A stretch of DNA of 64,000 nt. It comes from the human T2T-CHM13v2.0 reference genome, Homo sapiens. The stretch lies in assembly GCF_009914755.1 (NCBI RefSeq), contig NC_060929.1; one strand, given 5' to 3'. Both the position numbers and the translations under genes were made by a program. Below, piece by piece: positions 57,691-64,000 of the stretch. Under the pieces are notes generated by a model, which did no database searches, was not told where the DNA came from, and saw only the letters and a program-made list of their open reading frames with translations. Numbering within the stretch: the stretch's first letter is position 1; every line of letters begins with the position of its first letter.

Positions 57691-59965
57691 ATTTAATATA
57701 TTTCAAATATTAATATTCAACAAAAATTGGTGTTTAATGAAGAAGAAAAAATTAGATCTATTTTAAAGAATAAACATGATTTCAAAGGCATTGCCTATGT
57801 ATGAGAACTTTTTTTAGATTAAGCCATTTAGTTATAAAAGTACATATGGGTTTCATGCATTTTAAATCATAGTGCATATGGGTGCAAATGCTTGTGAAGA
57901 ATAGAATTAAATGATTTCTATGGTCCTATATTAGTCAAATAATTTTATAGTACTCTATGTTCTTTTGGCTGTTAGAGAATACACTCGGCTTGTTTCAATA
58001 TTCTTTTCACTTGTCTTTTAAACTATTAATGTAGAAAATTATAGAAGTTGTTTGAAATGGAGCATTTATATCTACATTTAGTATTATGTATTTTTAATTT
58101 ACCCAGATGTGTATGGCAACATTAAAATATTATTATAAATTTTACTTTTGGAAACAGTGGAATAGAAAATATTCAATTGTCAATTCTCTATTGAAGGCAA
58201 CATTCTTCACTCAATTAATTTAATTTAGATATGAAAATACCTTTCTGTGAATAATTAAAAAGGACTAAATTATGGTATTAATGGAGTTAAAAGTTTTTGG
58301 ATTCTGAATATTTTGAAAGACATCTGTGGAAACTTTTGCTCCTGGAATATTTGTATAGTATTGTTGGAAATTTTGCTAAATGATTCCTAAGATTTCACCA
58401 AGTCCTATACATTTAGGATTGTCATTTTAGATTTATTTTACAGGTTACCATAATTTGGAGGCTATATTGTTTTTTAAAAATGGCCTTTTTGTGGTATAAT
58501 TTATGTCATAAAAGCCATCAATTTAAATATACTTTGGAGGTTATGTAGTTTTAAAACCTTATCTTACAGTTTTCAGGTAAAAAAGTATTTGATTACACTA
58601 TTATACTAATTTCTGGTTTCATTGTTACATACTTGTAAAATATTGTATCAATATATAACTATAGCCAATATGTATTTTCATAAACTACTAATGGACATAA
58701 TTTTATCAAGAAAAAGAATGCCTATTTTGTAATGCATCTGTTTCCTCTTGTGAAATCTGAATTCTAGTCAGCAATATGGCAATGTCTCCAGAATTAATGT
58801 TTTCAGCAGTTTTCCCTCCCTCCCCCTAGAATTTGAGATGATGTTTATTTTTAACACTTATTTTTTCTTGTTTAGTTTAATGAAATTTCCTTTGTTTTTA
58901 ATATTATTCTACCTCAAACAATTTATAATTGCATATTCCTTTTCTCTTTAATTCATAACAGTTGACACTTCATGTTTGCAATACAAAAAGATTGAAAAAA
59001 TAAATACATTTTTAACGTTTGTTACTATGGAATTTTGTAAATGTACCTACACATGTTGTATTGCTTTAAAACATATTCTCTTTCTGTTGTAAAATTTAGA
59101 CTGCTTTCTTATATTCTAACTGGAATTTAACCAAATCTACAGCTGCTATGTTTGTTTCAGAAAACACTTTATATATTGGGAAAGAAACTCTATTCTGTGA
59201 GTTTCAATTGACTGTAAATTTTGTCTTTAAGCTTTTTTAAAAACACCATTTTTAAGTATTTGAATACTCAGGATGATTCGTGTCTCCTTTGTATATATTG
59301 ACTACTCAGAAATTATTTTTTTCTTTCATCTCCAAAGAAGAATTAACCAAGTTAATGAGGTGATGAAAGATCACTGTAGACATTAGATATAACACAGACA
59401 ATGGCATGAAAATTGGTTGCAGTGTTCAGGAAACCACAGCTACTGTATTTGGGGAGGCTCAAGTGCAGGGGTGTGTGTGGTGGGGTGTAAATAGGCAGAA
59501 GAAGAGAATTTTTTGATAATAGATGGGACACTGTTGATAATTTTAATCAGGGAAGACATAATAATGGGTAAGTGATTTGGAAGAGAATGAGGTCAAAGTA
59601 AGGATCTCAACAGAACAACTGTTGGTTTTATTTTAAGTAAATATTAATAAGAAATGAAAGGACTGGCCTAAGATAGTGATCATTGATACTGATTGGTACA
59701 AGAAACATTGGTTCAAGGGATAATGGGTATAAGAGATAGCACTGAGAAAGTGACAGATAAATGTCTCTAAACTTCCCCAGAAGCATTCTGAAAAATATAA
59801 ATAACTTAGGACAACATCCAGCAATATAATAAACTAAGAGATATGCATAGGAAACTTTCCTGCTACAAACACGTGAAAACAGTGGATATAATACAGCAAT
59901 TGAAAATATGTAACTGAGCTTCAAGAAAAGAAGGAAGACATTAAAAAGACATTATGGGAGACCAT

Positions 59966-60375
59966 TGTTTTAGACAGATCTCCTGTACTAGGCCCCAACA
60001 GACCAGACCTAACCAAAATGAAGTCACTCATGCTAAATATCACATATCAAACTGAAACTTTAAGGAAGCAGATGGATCCCCAAACAGACCTGTTTTCCTG
60101 AAAACAGGAGGTTGCAGTCTACTTGAATCAGCAAAATAAGGATGTATATGCTTTAATTGTTACAAAAAAGTAAGCTGAAGTAACTTGAGGTTAACCAAAT
60201 GGCTTTTTTCCTATTCTGTTTCCTTGTTCCCACCTTGCGAAACCCACTACTTTGCTATTGCCTAGAAAAAAGTTCTCATTCTATTTTATAGAATGGAGGC
60301 TTCTCTGATTTCTCAATCACAAATAAAAGCCAGTTAGATCTATAACCAACTTTGTTGTAATTTTGTCTTCTGACA
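59966..60375 (+). mobile_element. ERV1 (MER4-group) solo LTR, subfamily uncertain
   Basis: 410 bp, TG...CA ends, aaccaaaatgaagtcactcatgcta motif, AATAAA near 60322, terminal aattttgtcttctgaca. Confidence 0.75.
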
Positions 60376-60497
60376 CCTGTGAGTGGTTGCTGTGTTACTC
60401 AAAGAAAGGTGGGCCCTTAAACTTTTTGTTCAACTTCACAATATATATTCATATTCTTTAATGCTAGTATGAAGCCATTGTCCCTAGGCAATATTCA

Positions 60498-60545
60498 ACT
60501 TATGTCAAGGGGACATCACTTATGTCAAGGGGACATGTGTCAAGG
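60498..60545. repeat. 20 bp tandem duplication plus a partial third copy
   Basis: acttatgtcaaggggacatc acttatgtcaaggggacatg tgtcaagg. Confidence 0.92.
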
Positions 60546-62329
60546 AGAACTGAAGGCCTGATGATCAACGTGGCTTGGTCAAATTGGGGAGAGTTGAAAA
60601 ATTCTCATGAAAGAAATGCTACAGAGATGGACTAAGACTGAAGTGCATAACAAAGGGTACAGACAGCTGGTTGCCTGTGTTTCACTGCAGAACTTACCTT
60701 GGTTTTCAGAGAATTCATAAATTGGTGAAATTGTGTGTGTGTGTGTGTATGTGAATATCCTCTTTGGTGCTCTGCAGGCTACTGTTTACCTAAGCAAAAG
60801 AAACAAACTTTACTGTTTACAAATCATCTAGTTTGTCTGTTCACAAACTGTCTTTTTTACTTCTCTCCATTTTTGTCTTTGATGAATGGATTTATTCTAT
60901 TTAGTGGTTTTACTTCTAAATAGCATGCTAATAATTAATAATAGGTCTTAAAATTATTCTTTGACATTTTCTAAATTTGTTTTAAATTCATGATACTCTA
61001 TTATGTCTGAAAGCCAGTTGTGCTAGGGAAAATAGGCTTGAAAGAAAAACCAAAGATGCTGCAATAACAATAATCACCTTCCTTCCTTTAAGGACCTTTT
61101 TTGAGAATTAATGACTAGCTGGGTTAATGACCTTAAAATTTTAGGACCATCAGTTTTCCCATTTATGCATTAATCCTTCCAAAATGCCGAAGACTAAAAT
61201 AATTAGTGTTCAAATAAAAGCAGAAATAGTGGGATCCAATAGGATGTTGGCAAGATGTCAGAGATAGTGTTTAGAGTGAAAATTATGAGAAAATGCTGAA
61301 TGTATGTGATAAATTGGTTGGCATATAAAAAGAACTGAAAGCAAGTAATTACTGGAGTAAAAAGAGGAGGGGAACAGAAAATAGCAGAGATTATCCAAAG
61401 AAATAATGAATGGGTGGTTCAGTGTCATTCAGAGTGGGTAAAAAAAATGCTCACTTAAAATAATATTGGGAAATAGCATAAATTTATTCCTGGTGGAAAT
61501 TTCAGCAAAGTTTCAATACTGCAAAGCTTTTTAACACCATTTGGAATTCAATGCAGGGCTTCGAAATACAATGTTACCCCTGATTAAATGGACCTATAAA
61601 TTAGAGAGCAATAAAGGATAAAATTCTGGAGAATTCTGTAACTGTGAATCTTGACTGCTATTAGAGCCTCATTTGCAATTGCATGATGGTAAATTAACAT
61701 GAACAGTTTTTGTATGTATGATAGACCCAAAGGAAAGTTGATACATATACTGTTGAAAATTCAGACAATTTAGAGGAAATACAGAATAAACTATCCTCTC
61801 ATTCCCTCAAATCCAATCCATTACAACACATCAAACTGAAAGAAACATGCATGCAACTTCTTCTCAGGAAAACATACTGCATAATGTAGAGTAAAACTGC
61901 ATTAGCCAGGAGTCAACAATTTGTGAAATTTGAAAAAAAGTCTTTAGTTGATTTACTTATGCTGGACTTGTCATTAGGAATACGAAAATAATCTAGTAAT
62001 CTGTAGAAATTGTCATATTTTGAAGAAGACTATTGGAAAACTGCCTAGACCTCTATTTGATTTGGTGTATAAGAAAATTGGGCATACAGTATAAAGGGAG
62101 CCTGGAGTGCAATTACGTGTATAGATTGAATATTGTCACAGAATTGTACTGAATCACTCCTTAGCACTCAAGCAAATGATTACCAGCAGACAACGATGCA
62201 TTTGAAATTCACTCCATGTTATTCTGGAACACAGTTCTGAGGGAGGCCATAAATCTTGTGTGTATGTCTAATATAAGAATGGGTCTTTCATTTTTATTTT
62301 TTGGCATCACCTTAGTCATTCTTAAGTTA

Positions 62330-62520
62330 CCAAATCATAAAATCAGAGTTGGAAGGACATCTACGGAAGTCAACTAAATCACTTCTCTGCATCAAGTTAC
62401 CTACGTTTTGTGTAAACATTTCCAGGAACAAAACATTTTATGACTCCCCTAAGGAGATTGTTAAATCATTCCAATGTTTATAAGCCCTAACAGCCAGGAG
62501 TTCTGTTTCCATATAGGCAT
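62330..62520. mobile_element. MIR3/L3(CR1)-like relic
   Basis: aatcataaaatcagagttggaaggacatcta...cattccaatg...ccctaacagccaggagttct. Confidence 0.45.
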
Positions 62521-64000
62521 CGTATTTGCCCTCATTGTTCTCTTCCTTGCTTTCTTCTCTCCCACTCCATCCAGATTCTTATTTTTTGCATCTATATTTC
62601 TTTATTCAAGTAAATATGTTTTCTTTCTTTCTCCACCCCTATTGAATGTTTTTTCCTAATGTCTCAGTCTTGCATTTGTTTTTCTTGTGTTTCTTCTCAG
62701 TGTTCCCAGATCTTTGATATTTAGTCCTGAATCCTCAATAAGTTTATTTTATTTTGGATTGAAAGCAAAGAAACCAAAATGTTATAAATCAAGTGGAGAG
62801 AAAAATGAGGTATTGGGAAGTGTGACTATCTAAAGGGCTGTTTTCACCAACTGCAAGATTTTAAGACATTCTAGGAGGCTTAGGAGAACCTCAGTGGGGA
62901 TGGCTGCCAACGTCTCTTTTAGGTTTACTAACCTAGGCAAAATTGTTGGAGATACTTGCTGGCCAACATCTTATTAGCATATATAAAGCTCTCTGTTGGA
63001 ATTTTTACAGAATCAGTTAGAGTTTAGAATACTTTTTTTAAAACATGGTTGAGGGATTCGTTTAATGAATTGAATTTTAGGGTGTTTTTGTTCTTGTAGG
63101 GATTGCCTGTAAAATAATAGCAGGTGGCATGTTAAGTCCATGGGAGACTTTGCACTTAAAGAGACATTCATTTAGGTAGATGTTTTCTATATAGAAGGTT
63201 ACCACATCAGTTTGGAGGTTGTAGCACACCTCAAATCCTAATTTTATAAGTTCCATAGAATTTTCTGAAGAATAATCTTTATTCAAAAAATCTAGAATCA
63301 CTGTTTAAGTCAATTTAGAAACAAATCCAGTGATTCTTCTTTTGTGCCCTAAATTCTTGATTTTATTTATGTTGATGATACTTCAGAGTCCTGCTGAGAT
63401 TTCACCATCAAGGCAGTCCCTTGATTTGCTTAGCATAAGTGGATATTTTGGTGCTAAGTGAGGAACACAATTATTCTCAAAGTCTCAGCTCCTGATAGCT
63501 ATAGGATTATATTCTAAAAAGGGATTATACGTATTCATCAATTTTGTGGATAAAAATAAAAGCAGTATTTTTAATTTAGCATAGTTTTTGTTAATATAAC
63601 TTACATAGACTATTTGTGCTTATGGAATTATTCATTGCAGGATGCATTCAGGAAAATATCAGTGTCTGTCAGACAAGAATTTTATGATAGAACCACTGCA
63701 GAAAGACAGATTACTGTTTTAGATGACCCAAGAGTGAGAGGATTGAAAGTTTGAAATCAGAATTCAATCACACTGGACAAAGGTTTTAGGAAGTATGCAA
63801 ATAAGAGGCTAATTAAAAAATTCTTTATAGCTAAAGAAATAAATGTACTATTTAATTGGAGTGTGATGAGGTTAGCTATGATGGATATCAGAATAAAAGC
63901 CACCCCCTTTTTTTCTAAAAGTGTGCAATGGGTGTGTGTATATGTGCATGCTCTATCCTACAAAATGAGGAGTTATGATGAATATGAAATAAGATAATGA

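Overview
AT-rich, CpG-poor primate DNA, most likely human or another great ape (Alu, THE1, MER11, MER41 and L1PA2-type elements are present). The window looks intergenic or deep-intronic. I find no supportable protein-coding exon, RNA gene or CRISPR array. Every ORF in the track with recognisable homology is an L1 ORF1/ORF2 remnant or an Alu translation. Roughly half the window is interspersed repeats. The largest is a full-length L1PA6/7-like element (39686-46871, minus) with a solo MER11 (HERV-K11) LTR inside ORF2. There are also two very young L1 3' insertions with clean TSDs (one twin-primed), three older L1M(A) pieces (one also twin-primed), a MER41B LTR with its STAT motif pair, other LTRs, a MER45 DNA transposon, Alus, and MIR/L2 relics. 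I did not find a convincing new biological system. The best leads are retrotransposition mechanics, possible polymorphic insertions and candidate regulatory sites. Subfamily names come from my recall of consensus sequences, not from a search, and boundaries of old repeats are approximate.
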